NCBI GenBank assembly: GCA_964016885.1
Contig: OZ024742.1
Coordinates: forward strand, 304,978,001 to 305,042,000
Source: Eledone cirrhosa
Taxonomy: Eukaryota
DNA: 64,000 bases
Reading direction: 5' to 3'
A program made the position numbers and the translations under genes. Positions 12,041 through 27,588 of this stretch are shown here, in pieces; position 1 is the stretch's first letter; the number at the start of each line of letters is the position of its first letter. The notes below the pieces were generated by a model. The model worked only from the letters and a program-made list of their open reading frames with translations, was not told the origin of the DNA and searched no databases.

Positions 12041-13830
12041 TCGCAGACATTCCTTTTGCACATATGCCCAACAAAACCACTAAAATAGTGCCGAATCTAC
12101 TAAACCATTCCCACAACATAGCAAAACAGTTGTACTATACAAATGCAATTTTATATTTTCAAAAGACAATGTTGTACCCACCTTAGATACAAGGAAGTTC
12201 AGTTTATGATATGTATTATTATATATATACACAAGTACAATAACTTCTGCTTTTGACACAAGGGCATACATCTTAAGTGATTGTACTTGAATTAATCAAC
12301 TCAAATATTAGATAGTTATTTTTCTATTGACCTGGGAAAAATTAAAATGTAAAGGTGTCCTGGGCATAATGTGAACCTAGAACATAAGGAGAGTTGGTTC
12401 GTGGTAACAATACTCTTAAGCTAATGAAAATCTCCGAATATTAATTATTGTTTTTATATTTTCTTTCTCTGTGAGGAATTTGGGATTGGATTTTAGCCAT
12501 TTTTCAATAACCCGTGTCACATCTCATTTCTTCAGAACTTTAGTATCTCACATATTTCTACGGCAGCTCACCAATCGAAGAAAATCTTTTCAGATCGGGC
12601 ATACTTTTCTAATATCAGTTAAGTCTGATGGTGTTGACATATTATGACATCAGCTTTCTGGAAATTCTTGGATAGAATTCCGATTGAATCGATCTCTTAG
12701 CCTCAGGGTTATTAACCTCGATCTGTACACAATGAATAAACCTCAAGATTGAAAATGGATTCGCCTTTTTTATGTTCAGTTCTTCAAAAGAACTAAATAT
12801 AGATTTCACATTACTCAAAGACGTTCTATTATCTCAGAAGATGCAACGTTTACATTTTCTCCTTCGGCTACATTAAGTTTCAATGAAAGTTCAAGACACG
12901 TGAGATATTTCCCGAGTAATATTCCTTGTAAGAAGAATTCTTTTAATGTTCACAACTTCGTTTTGAAACAGTCTGCTGCTAGAAAGTATGGAAGACTCGT
13001 TAAAGTTTATATTATCTCTGCGTTAAAGGGGGTTCTGCAATTGAATTATTCGGTTCAAACCATAGCCGCTGTTTAGAATTTTACATGAGTAATATGAACT
13101 AAAATAACTTATATCCACTCCAAATAGTTATGCAAAGAATTTATATCCTAAGTGTAGCAAATAAGATTGAACAATAATAGACTATGAGAGTGAGCAGGGG
13201 AGGGGGAATTGGTGTGGAGAGTGAGTGTATGTGTGTACATAAGAAACATAAATGAAATGAGAAAGGGTTAAAGACAGTAGAAATAGAGAAAATACGATTT
13301 ATCATAGAATATCAGGGATTAGATTATATATCGTCAATAACATAAACTAAAAATCAAACGACAGGACTAAGATGTATTGTGAAACCAGATATTTATATAT
13401 ACATAATATCGATATCCAGTTGCAGGTATAACTATTTTACATCAATTTCAGATTTAAACATTGAAGGAAAACTTCTAACCGTATACAAATCAACACACTT
13501 AGTAGACAGTTAGTAGGAAAAATGTGTTTTTAAAGCCAGCTTTATTTCCTCTTTTGCCATTTTGGCTTCCAGTTAAACCCAACAAAATATTGAGTAGTAT
13601 TCCCCAGAAACGAAGAAATACTTATTGAAAATTGTTTTAGAAGTAGTTATTAATGTTGAATCCCTTGACATAATATATTTTATGGGTGCGCAAAATATAG
13701 CATAAAGGTATCCATAAGTGGGTGATTAAAATAATTGCACGTAAGAGATGTAGCAATACGGAGATATATGTTAAGGAAATTAGTTTGCTTGGGATAATGC
13801 AAAACTCATAGAAACAGGTCGACAAATAGA

Positions 13831-13868
<38 letters not shown>

Positions 13869-13948
13869 GACCTGTTATTTTTATCTAAATACATTTTTTT
13901 CTAATTCCAACCCGCCCGTTCCTTCAATCTATCCCATTTCTCATTCTT

Positions 13949-13984
13949 TCTTCTGATGAAGGACTAACGTCCGAAACGTCAAGA
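13949..13984 (+). ncRNA. Minimal type I hammerhead ribozyme (PLE-type)
   Basis: TCTT-CTGATGA-A-GGAC-TAAC-GTCC-GAAA-C-GTC-AAGA: stem I TCTT/AAGA, 4-bp stem II, palindromic ACGT stem III, GUC cleavage triplet. Confidence 0.85.
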
Positions 13985-14065
13985 CCCTATTCTTGCTATT
14001 TCAAGCGTTAACCTAATATATTCCTTCCATATACTGTACCGAATGTGTTGTTATTTCTGTTTAAC

Positions 14066-14162
<97 letters not shown>

Positions 14163-14199
14163 CATACATACATACATATATACATACATATATACTCAG

Positions 14200-14243
<44 letters not shown>

Positions 14244-14249
14244 CTCAAA

Positions 14250-14293
14250 CCTTGAGCTGATCTATCGCGATTCACGAGTAACACCTGAATAAA
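14250..14293 (+). other. Degenerate 3' fragment of the long-stem-II HHR family
   Basis: CTTGAGCTGATCTATCGCGATTCACGAGTAACACCTGAATAAA aligns with CTTGAGCTGATCAATCGCGAAACGCGTCTCACACATGAATAAA (minus strand, ~58.7 kb). Confidence 0.55.
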
Positions 14294-14343
14294 CTTAATG
14301 AAAATTTGACACCTCGTCCATACTTATTATTAATATTACAACT

Positions 14344-14531
14344 GCGGTGGATTGGCAGATCGGTAGAGAGTCGGACGCCATGCTTTCCAGCATAGAGTTA
14401 CGTCCCTTTGCGGACTGAGTTCAAATCCCGCCGAGTTTAACTTTGCCTTTCACCCTTACGGAGGTCGATAAAATAAAGGACCAGTAATATACTGAGTAAT
14501 TGCTGGCCTTGCGCCAAAAGCAGAAACAATT
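14344..14531 (+). mobile_element. SINE (short-tail variant)
   Basis: Family head, core and tail; flanked by a TAATATTACA direct repeat. Confidence 0.88.
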
Positions 14532-14703
14532 TGTAATATTACACTCTGCTTAGTACAACCTCAAATTACATACTGGAGACAACTTGTCAAGTGCTCACTT
14601 AGGTAAAACAACAGGGACTTAACGTTAGAATCCCTAAACTATATATATATATATATATAATATAAAACGAAAAATCAGTGATACATCTGGACTCAGTTTA
14701 TTG

Positions 14704-14793
14704 TGTGATACAATTGTTTCGCCGGCAGATAGCTCGAGACACGATCATTGTATGGATCTGTCTGATTCTAAATCTGCAGGTTCGTGGGACACA
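14704..14793 (-). ncRNA. Degenerate type I HHR with 61-nt extended stem II
   Basis: Minus strand: TGTGT-CCCACGA (core, 2 changes from CTGACGA)-ACCTGCAGAT...ATCTGCCGGC-GAAAC-AATT-GTA-TCACA, then AATAAA. Confidence 0.6.
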
Positions 14794-15037
14794 GGTAATA
14801 CTTTCGGATCAAATATTCTCACTCTGAGACCTCTTCAGTGACTGGGAATTCTTCTCTTTGTTTTGTGCCTCCTCTTTGTTCTGTCCTACGCCATCTTGTT
14901 TTGTGTGTGTTGTGTGCTTGGTTTGCGCATGTGTTACATCCGGGTGTCTGTGTGTGTTTTTATTTGTTTATTCATTTCTTTATTTATATGTTACTGGTTG
15001 GTTGTTTGTTCTATGTGTGTTTGTTTTCATTTTGTCC

Positions 15038-15719
15038 TTAATTGTAAGTTGTGATGCTGCTATTCCATTCATGTTTTCTATTTAATTTTGGTTGGAGTTC
15101 ATTTATGTTTATTGCCTCTGTGATTTGTCTAAACATTGCGTCTTTTCTGTGTGTAGATTTTATTTTTATTTCTATGTTCTCTAATTTGCCCTTATGTTCT
15201 ATTTTAGCATGTTGGTGGAGTACTGATGAATCTTTTCTATCTCGAAGCTCTCGCCAGTGTTCATTTAATCGTTCTCCTATACTACGAGCTGTCTTACCTA
15301 TGTACACTATATTCGTATCTTTACATTGTCCTTCAGTACATCTTATGCTATATACTATGTTTCTAGTTTTACAGTTATTATGGGGGCTTAGTTTACAGAT
15401 TATGCATTTCTTATCTATAGAGGGAGGTCTTTGAAAATGGTATGTATTACTAATAAGTGTTTTTATGGAGGTACCTGGTCTTTCTCTACTATCTTAATAT
15501 TCTCTACTATCTTAATATTTGTAAGCTAATTCACCTCTAGATTGATGAACATTACACTCTGGTATTTATTGCTATCATACTTTATTCCTAGTTCTTTCTA
15601 TTCTATTCCAAAATGTGCTCCTATACAAGGGGCAGGTCCCATTTGTATAATTATTTACCATTGTTTCCCATTTGGTTCTGACTCCTCTATATACTCTGAT
15701 TTTATCTCTCTGATTGTAA
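15038..15719 (-). pseudogene. Inverted copy of the PLE ORF 3' end (Cys linker + GIY-YIG endonuclease)
   Basis: YIGKTARSIGERLNEH...LHQH...RQITEAINI...PKLN, nearly identical to the plus-strand copy, with small deletions. Confidence 0.88.
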
Positions 15720-15721
15720 TC

Positions 15722-16626
15722 CTCCATTCCCATTATGTCAAACCCATGACTTCCAAATATCTGATCCACCGAAACTTAGCTGTTTCGGATCACACCAAAA
15801 TCAACATACTGATTGCGGATTTAGTACGGGTTATGAGAAACGTGTCCCGCATGTTCAACCCCAAAGAACTAGAGAGACACATACAACACTTCATCCACCG
15901 TATGCAGTTCTCTGGTTACAATCAGAGAGATAAAATCAGAGTATATAGAGGAGCCAGAACCAAATAGGAAAAAATGTTAAATAATTATACAAATGGGACC
16001 TGCCCCTTGTATAGGAGCAAATTTTGGAATAGAATAGAAAGAACTAGGAATAAGATTAATAGAATAAACTCATGGTATGATAGCAATAAATACCAGAGTG
16101 TAATGTTCATCAATACAACCCCTAGAGGTGAATTAGCTTACAAATTTAGAAGGGCCATAGATAAACTTAAACTAAATATTAAGATAGTAGAAAGACCAGG
16201 TACCTCCATAAAAACACTTATTAGTAATACATACCCTTTTCAAAGACCTCCCTGAAATGCATAATCTGTAAACGAAGTCCCCATAATAACAGTAAAACTA
16301 GAAACATAGTATGTAGCATAAGATGTACTGAAGGACAATGTAAAGATAAGAACATAGTGTACATAGGTGAGACAGCTCGTAGTATAGAAGAACGATTAAA
16401 TGAACACTGGCGAGAGCTACAAGATAGAAAAGATTCATCAGTACTCCATCAACATGCTAAAATAGAACATAAGGGCAAATTAGAGAACATAGAAATAAAA
16501 ATAAAATCTACACACAGAAAAGACGCAATGTTTAGACAAATCACGGAGGCAATAAACATAAATGAACTCCAACCAAAATTAAATAGAAAACATAAATGGA
16601 ATAGCAACATCACAACTTACAATTAA
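15722..16626 (+). pseudogene. PLE ORF C-terminal part: RT thumb, Cys-rich linker, GIY-YIG endonuclease (in-frame stops)
   Basis: HYVKPMTSKYLIH..K..L...RVMRNVS...RMQFSGY; FINTTPRGEL; KIVERPG; CxxC...VCSIRC...C; YIGETARSIEERLNEH; EAINI...PKLN. Stops at ~15967 and ~16255. Confidence 0.9.
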
Positions 16627-16822
16627 GGACAAAATGAAAAGACACACACATAGAACAAACAACCAACAAGTAACATGTAAATAAAGAAATAAATAAACAA
16701 ATAAAAACACACACAGACACCCGGATGTAACACATGCGCAAATTAAGCACACAACACACACAAAAACAAGATGGCGTAGGACATTACAAAGGAGAGGCAC
16801 AAAACAAAGAGAAGAATCCCCA

Positions 16823-16865
16823 GTCATTGAAGAGGTCGCAGAAGGTGTGACGAAAGAACTTTGAC
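16823..16865 (+). ncRNA. Type I HHR in the PLE 3' UTR/pLTR
   Basis: GTCA-TTGAAGA-G-GTCGCA-GAAGG-TGTGAC-GAAAG-AA-CTT-TGAC. The inverted copy has the canonical CTGAAGA at 14838-14832. Confidence 0.72.
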
Positions 16866-17069
16866 AATATATGAAAAACCGTCCGGTTGTGGAACCAACC
16901 AACCGGAAATTTAAAATTCTTAAATTTATAAATTTAATTTATAATAAATTGGAGTGAAACAACTGGTGCGTGTGTTTCGTATTGGCAACATGACCCTCCC
17001 AAAGTATAACAATATCGGTTTCAACACACGTTTTCAGATAAAGAATCTTGCTAAACAAATTCAGAAACG

Positions 17070-17100
<31 letters not shown>

Positions 17101-17127
17101 GACACATATATGTAGAAAAATATATGC

Positions 17128-17195
<68 letters not shown>

Positions 17196-17267
17196 GTACC
17201 CAGCACGTGCCAGTATGAACGTATAGAATCATGCATGTATCTCTCTCAGTATAAATATAAGTTTATT

Positions 17268-17310
<43 letters not shown>

Positions 17311-17311
<1 letters not shown>

Positions 17312-17505
17312 CGTTATTCCTGGTTGAATCGGAGGTAACCACAGTAAGTAAGGTACTCAATACATAGCAGAGTATAACAGTTTTAATATAGATGAGATTC
17401 TACAGGACTAGAACTGTTTCATTCATTAGAAATCATCAGGAATCTCCTGATGATTTCTAATGAATGAAACAGTTCTAGTCCTGTAGAATCTCATCTATAT
17501 TAAAA

Positions 17506-17507
<2 letters not shown>
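17311..17507. mobile_element. Short snap-back PLE-derived insert in (TA)n with perfect 63-bp inverted arms
   Basis: Arms 17379-17441 and 17445-17507 with a 3-nt spacer; extra ~68-nt tail at 17311-17378; contains an HHR. Confidence 0.85.
17394..17446 (-). ncRNA. Complete type I HHR
   Basis: Minus strand: GAGATTC-CTGATGA-T-TTC-TAAT-GAA-T-GAA-ACAG-TTCTAGTC-CTGT-A-GAATCTC, giving a 7-bp stem I, 4-bp stem III and GUA site. Confidence 0.82.
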
Positions 17508-19631
<2,124 letters not shown>

Positions 19632-21364
19632 TAGAAACATACACTCGTACATGTGCAGTAGTTAAACTTTCAGATAAGCAAGCAAAAGTGTGTTACCAAA
19701 TATGTATATGTTTAAGTCCGCTCTGTGTGTGTGTCTATGAATGCTAATACGTGTTTGTACAGAATTCTTCATACACAAATTCACATGATATATACATTTA
19801 TTTAATGGATGCATATCCCATTAAGAGCTGTTTATATCGTTTCTATCCAATAACCGTGTTTTCATGTTTTTTTCCCTTCATTTCCTTTGTATTTGAATTT
19901 CCTGTTTGTTTGAATATTTGTAGTTGTTGGAGTTGTTGTTGTCGTCGTCGTAGTTGTTGTGTCTGCTGTTGTTTTTTAAATCTAATATTTGACCAATATC
20001 AAATATGTTTTGCTATTATTAGAAGGGAAGTGTAGCGTGCTAGAGTGATGAATCGGATGAGCTTCAGACGAAATGCCATGCTTTAGTAATGTTTGTAGGT
20101 GTTTTGAGTTAAAATTTCGTTGTTGTTTCATGTTGAAATTCTTCCTGTCTTTACCATAGAAAAGCGATAGCAGTCAAGTACTGGGATCAATTGTATAGAC
20201 TAAGGCCTTTCTTTAAATTTCTGGTATTGTACCTATATTAGAAACAAGAATTATAGGTTAATGGTTTAGCAGAGTTCTCAGAGAAGCAAGCAAAATGATT
20301 GGTAATATTTATTCCTCTCTTTTATTTCTGAGTTCAAATGAAAAGCAAGACTGATAGAAATTTCATTATCGTCACACACTACCAAGCATTACTCTAACTT
20401 TTTTGTCCACTTTGACATTTCTATCACTCTCGCAATCCATATAGTCTACCATCTACGCTTCTGGTTTAAGAACCTCACTCACCTATTTTCGCACCCTTCT
20501 ATTTTTTCACGCATTCTGCCCTAGATGTAATACGTATTTCCCTACCGAGTCATCACGGCCAGTATCTTGCCTAGAATGTTCTTTTCTCTGTGCATTGTCT
20601 GTTTTAATGACCAAATTTGCTTCGATTTATTGATCGTATTTCAGTCCCAAAGTATGTGTTTTTATTTCTTGTTTCTTTTTGTTATTTTTCTCCTCCTGTC
20701 GTGTGTAATCTAACAATCATACATCATTTATTACATGTACAATTTCTTTCGGCCTTTCTATTGTCTCTTATTTTTCTGGCAGTTACCAATCTATTTTTCC
20801 TAGTCTCTGACATCTCTTCATGCCTGTTATTTTCACTAGTCTATTCTTCGAATGCTCACATCGCCAGATTTCTGGTTTTCATGTCAGCTACCATCCTTAC
20901 TGCTGAAAATCGATGCACAATAGATGGCTACAGATCGAATTTATGTGTTTGTTTTTTAGCATTTATGTATTTACTCCGTCCAATTTTCACTCGTATAAGT
21001 GCCTGAAGAAAGGTCACTAATTTGATGTCTCTTGTATTCGGGAGATGTAGTCAAATTTAGACTTTCAAACCTTGGGTAGCGTCTTTGTTCTGTGTATGAA
21101 CATAAATAAATAATATAATATTTCTGATCTCTTCTCTCTTCCCGATTGAGCACTATTTTCCTTTTTCCCATTTACACCATATAACATGGTCGTTTTTAAG
21201 TAGCACCAGAACTCCGCTATTTTAGGGGATATCAGGATGTGTTAACATGCCCAGGAGTTAAATAACCTACGTATTAAATTTGAACAAAATTGGATGAAAA
21301 CTGTGGATATGCATCGCCTGCATACACAGACATTTTCGATATATATATATATATATATATATAT

Positions 21365-21848
21365 TTCGTTTCTGAATTTGTTTAGCAAGATTCTTTATCT
21401 GAAAACGTGTGTTGAAACCGATATTGTTATACTTTGGGAGGGTCATGTTGCCAACAAGAAACACACGCACCAGTTGCTTTCACTTCAATTTATTATAATA
21501 AATTTATAAATTTATGAATTTATAAATTAAATTTCTGGTTGGTTGGTTGGTTCCACAACCAGATAGTTGTTTATATATTGTCAAAGTTCTTTCGTCACAC
21601 ATTCTGTGACCTCTTCAATGACTGGGGATTCTTTTCTTTGTTTTTGTGCCTCTCCTTTGTTCTGTCCTACGCCATTTTGTTTCTGTGTGTTGTGTGCTCA
21701 GTCTGCGCATGCGCCACATCTGGGTGTCTGTGTGTGTTTATATTCGTTTATTTATTTGTTTATTTACATGTTACTGGTTGGTTGTTTGTTCTATGTGCGT
21801 GTGTGTTTTCATTTTGTCCTTAATTGTAAGTTGTGATGTTGTTGTTGT
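21365..21848 (-). mobile_element. Solo 3'-terminal (pLTR) copy of the same PLE family, in (TA)n
   Basis: Colinear reverse complement of ~16607-17068, with (TA)n on both sides. Confidence 0.9.
21580..21622 (-). ncRNA. Type I HHR in the solo pLTR
   Basis: Minus strand: GTCA-TTGAAGA-G-GTCACA-GAATG-TGTGAC-GAAAG-AA-CTT-TGAC. Confidence 0.72.
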
Positions 21849-21952
21849 TATATATGTATATATATATATATATATATATACATTATGAAGAGAGAAGAAA
21901 CATTTAGATATAATTAGTAATAAAATGTATCATACCTAAACTGCTTCTAGAT

Positions 21953-22042
21953 TCCTCGACTACGTAGTTTCGTGGCATAAACAAAAACAATATATCATAA
22001 AGACATAGAGTCCTCGCGAGGTCTGCCGACTTATCAAGAGGA
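21953..22042 (-). ncRNA. Type I HHR with U3-A8 core variant and 59-nt stem II region
   Basis: Minus strand: TCCTC-TTGATAA-GTCGGCA...TGCCAC-GAA-ACTACGTAGT-C-GAGGA, with a perfect 5-bp stem I, palindromic stem III and GUC site. Confidence 0.75.
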
Positions 22043-22094
22043 TACCTCATTTTACTAGTCTCAAGAACGCGTCTACACGACGTGAGAAAGAATC

Positions 22095-23917
<1,823 letters not shown>

Positions 23918-26900
23918 GAATATTTTAAAAGTTCATAATTATTTTCCTCATTCTTGGCAACTGCCTTATATTTAGTGCTTGCATCCAAAATAAACACTGC
24001 AATCTCCATCGAGCAAGAATGAAAACGTAGTCTCAATTTAATTACCTATTATTTGTTTTCACTATGATATTCCTATTATTGTTGATAGTGCTTAGTAGAT
24101 TGTAACGTCTACATTTTCATTTTTACATTTTAATATTCTGTCTTATATGTGATATTTATTTTCACAAACATTGATAAGTTTACCATGATAACCTTTTCAG
24201 TTGTCTTAAGGCATAATTTCTATTCCCATGGCTGCCATCTTTGTCTTTCTATTTCTTTCTAAACACTCTTGTGAAAGATTTCTCATACATACCAAAGATT
24301 TGTCTCTCTCTTGCTCCACTCATAGAAATATCAATTTCCGAGCATCTTTTGATCTGAGAGAGAGATAATAATATTTTCTATACAGGTACATGTACAGCCC
24401 CAGAAATTTGTCTCAGAATGGGGAGAGTTCTCACCGTCCAAATGAAATATAGCAGACTTTCATAAAAAGCATTCCAGCCGTAAACATTCCGTAGTCTGTT
24501 TTTAATGCACAGTGCATCTAAAACTAAGTTGCGGAAGTGCCTTTCACATATTCTGTTAAGATTGCTTGGAGTGAATGATAACAATGAATACAATTTATTT
24601 TCTCTAGCAAATTGCACAACCTTTTTCGTCAACTATAATTATTACCATTACTTCTCTTCCTTGGCCGATATTATAAAGTACCATGCAACTATCGGTATAT
24701 CTAATTGATTATCATCTCACCCAAATTTCCGGCGTGCTGCTTTTGTTAGAAACCAGTGATAGAAAATTGTGTCCACATGTTTCCAAGCAAGTACTTTATG
24801 AGTCGGATTTGTTTTGTTTTTTAATACAAGACATATTAAAATATTGAAAATGGTATTAACACAATTCGCACACAGTCTCTGTTGCGAACGACAATCGCCT
24901 ATTTGTCAACCTCTAGATATTTCAAATACGTCGACACTAACTTAATTCTAACTTTAAACTAAAGAGATGTATATATTTTACATAAATCTTTTACATCAGT
25001 GTTCTACTATATAGTTTGATTTTTGATTTCTTAAAGAGACTGATTAATACAAGTGAAGGTCACGCCTTTCTCAAAGACATTGATAATTGAACGTAAATTG
25101 AAACCACATTTAGTTTTCTCACAAAGATATTAATTATTGATTTACAACACACATTCAAGTTATTTAGCTTAAATAATTCAAATATATGCTACATCTTCAA
25201 CGGGGATGGGGGACATAGTAGAGTTCATTTCTTCAGGTATTAGTGACACCAGAGAAGTAGAATGGCTCCGGCCCATATTTGAAAGCAATCCGTGGTCTCA
25301 GCTTGCCAAAAGCTTTCATTGTGCTCCACAGTATTCTCCTACGTTTGTTTCTCTTTTCACATTCACTCTAATTAACAAATACATAATTATTTTAAAAGAA
25401 ACAGTTAGCCATGACTTTCTATTTGTCTTATTTCCGTAACTTTACTTTACTGTTACCATTTTTCAAAATTTTATCTCTGTTCATATATTAAAATCACAGA
25501 CAAAATATTTCTGTTGTATTTATTTTCTGTTTTCTCATTATCCTGTTTCTCAAACTCTATATTTCTGTACACTTAACTCTGTTATTGTACTTGCCTTCGT
25601 TGTCTCAATTATTTTATAAAACAATTTCCTTGTCCAGATTTTTTATATTCCTCAATACATGTTTTGTTATTCTTTTCTCTATCTTCAATTTCTTAATGTA
25701 TCTGCATTCTTCCTAAACCCGTTTCTTATCGTTGAGGCGAGTCTTCCCATTATTTCTTGATTCACATATTTACCCTTAGGTTATATTTTCTAGTTGGCTA
25801 AATCGATAGCGGGTCGGACTGGCAGCAAAAATATTGTATATTTCATATTGGAAAAATATTATTTTGTTAGAAACCTCGTTTATCTATATCTCCGTCTCCA
25901 CAAGGTTAGGTATAATTTATTTTATCAACATCGAATCCTTTATGTAGGTTATGCTTCTAATTTCAGATCTCTTCACTACATCCCTTATGGATTCTGCCAT
26001 GTGCAAACATTGAATATCCTCATAATTTCTCTGTGATTCACGATAAGATGTTAAATATAAAATATGACATTTTCTGAGCGTGTTAATTAATCTCTTGATA
26101 AATCTCAGTTATCTTTAGTTTCCTCAGATCAACTACTATCCAGAGACTCGAAAGAGGTAGCTTCAAACAAAGTCGTTTGACCTGTTAGGAATAGCAACAA
26201 CGTCTCTTTCAAATCCCACCATACCGGCTTCAATAAAAAAAGGATACATTAGATAATGTGGCTCACTATCTGAATTAAAACAAAAACATAATGTGGCGAA
26301 GACTGTAATTCTTTTGATCATTGTTCAACATTATCAGAGCTAACCTGGTGTTGAATAACAGCAACAATAACTTCCTAAAAGAAGTATCGAATTAATTATA
26401 TAAATTACCTGGTAACTGATTTGATTTACAGTTTGCATGGATTTAAAAGAAATCGCAAATAAATCCACTGACTTGTTGAGTATTTAGGAACACCTGATAT
26501 ATATAATGCAACGCATGATTTCCCTTAGCGGCCATAAATATGTACAAGAGATCGTACTAGATTATGATTTTATTGTCGGAAATAACTACACCAGATCATG
26601 ATTGCATCGTCCAAATCATCTAGACATTTATCAAGGTGCGAATTAGTAGAGTCATTGATTGTATTTATTCCGGATCGTTGAACTCTTAAATTCCTCAAAG
26701 TTCAACTGTGTCTTTCATCGTTTCAAATTCGATATAGTAACAATGCCTGATTGGTGCGAATATTAGAGCGTCGGCGAAGTGATTATGTTATTATTTGCGG
26801 CTCCGTGTTTTCTGAGTTCAAATCCTGCCTACTGTCACTAGAAAATCGTAGCATGATAAGACTAGAGCATCTATGTTTAAATTACCATGGAACCTATATT

Positions 26901-27334
26901 ATCAAACTTCATAAGAAACCAGTTAAACTCACACAAATATTGCAAATAAGTAGATCTAAGACACAGCGTTTTTTCGCACATAATCACGGTGGTACTATGG
27001 GTCTCGTCTTAGACGTTAAGAATAAAACAAACTAAGAAAGCTAAAGATCATATTGTAGAGGTTATTATGACCAGTAATAGGTTTAGTATTAAATTTGAAT
27101 TACTTATAAGATTATAACCGTGGTTTCATATGGAAACAGTTCAATATAAATAAAGTTTAGTAATGAAATATAGTGCAGTAACCAGTTGATGATATATGAA
27201 TATGTTGAAGAAGTTTAGGTGGCTGCATCGTTAAAACTGTTGTTTTAGAAAACCAGAGGTGGTTCTTATGACAGTATAATGAAACTAAACCTTACCATCC
27301 CACAACACTATACTGATATTTCATACAATGCAAG

Positions 27335-27588
27335 GTTGTCTGAATAGAATACATTGTAAACTACAGCATAGGGTCACATGTTACCTAATGTTAATGTTTG
27401 TGGTCCTGTTGTTGATAATATCGTTGTTGATGGTTATTATACTGATTCAAATTACTCAACGTTGACTAATTTGAATCAGTATAATAACACCATCAACAAC
27501 GATATTATCAACAACAGTACCACAAACATTAACATTAGGTAACATGTGACCCTATGCTGTAGTTTACAATGTATTCAATTGAGACAAC
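27335..27588. repeat. Near-perfect spacerless palindrome, ~125-bp arms
   Basis: GAATACATTGTAAACTACAGCATAGGGTCACATG...TCAAC|GTTGA...CATGTGACCCTATGCTGTAGTTTACAATGTATTC; centre at 27460/27461. Confidence 0.92.

Larger units (their letters stand above)
14660..17068. mobile_element. Fold-back Penelope-like element (GIY-YIG) inserted in (TA)n
   Basis: Inverted arms ~14823-15719 (-) and ~15916-16841 (+) around a ~195-bp unique centre. Both arms encode GIY-YIG, and (TA)n flanks both sides. Confidence 0.9.

Noticed and set aside
24378-24632. 84-aa ORF with RICERHF (THAP-like end motif)
   Set aside because: No upstream CxxxC/W motifs; at most a transposon relic.
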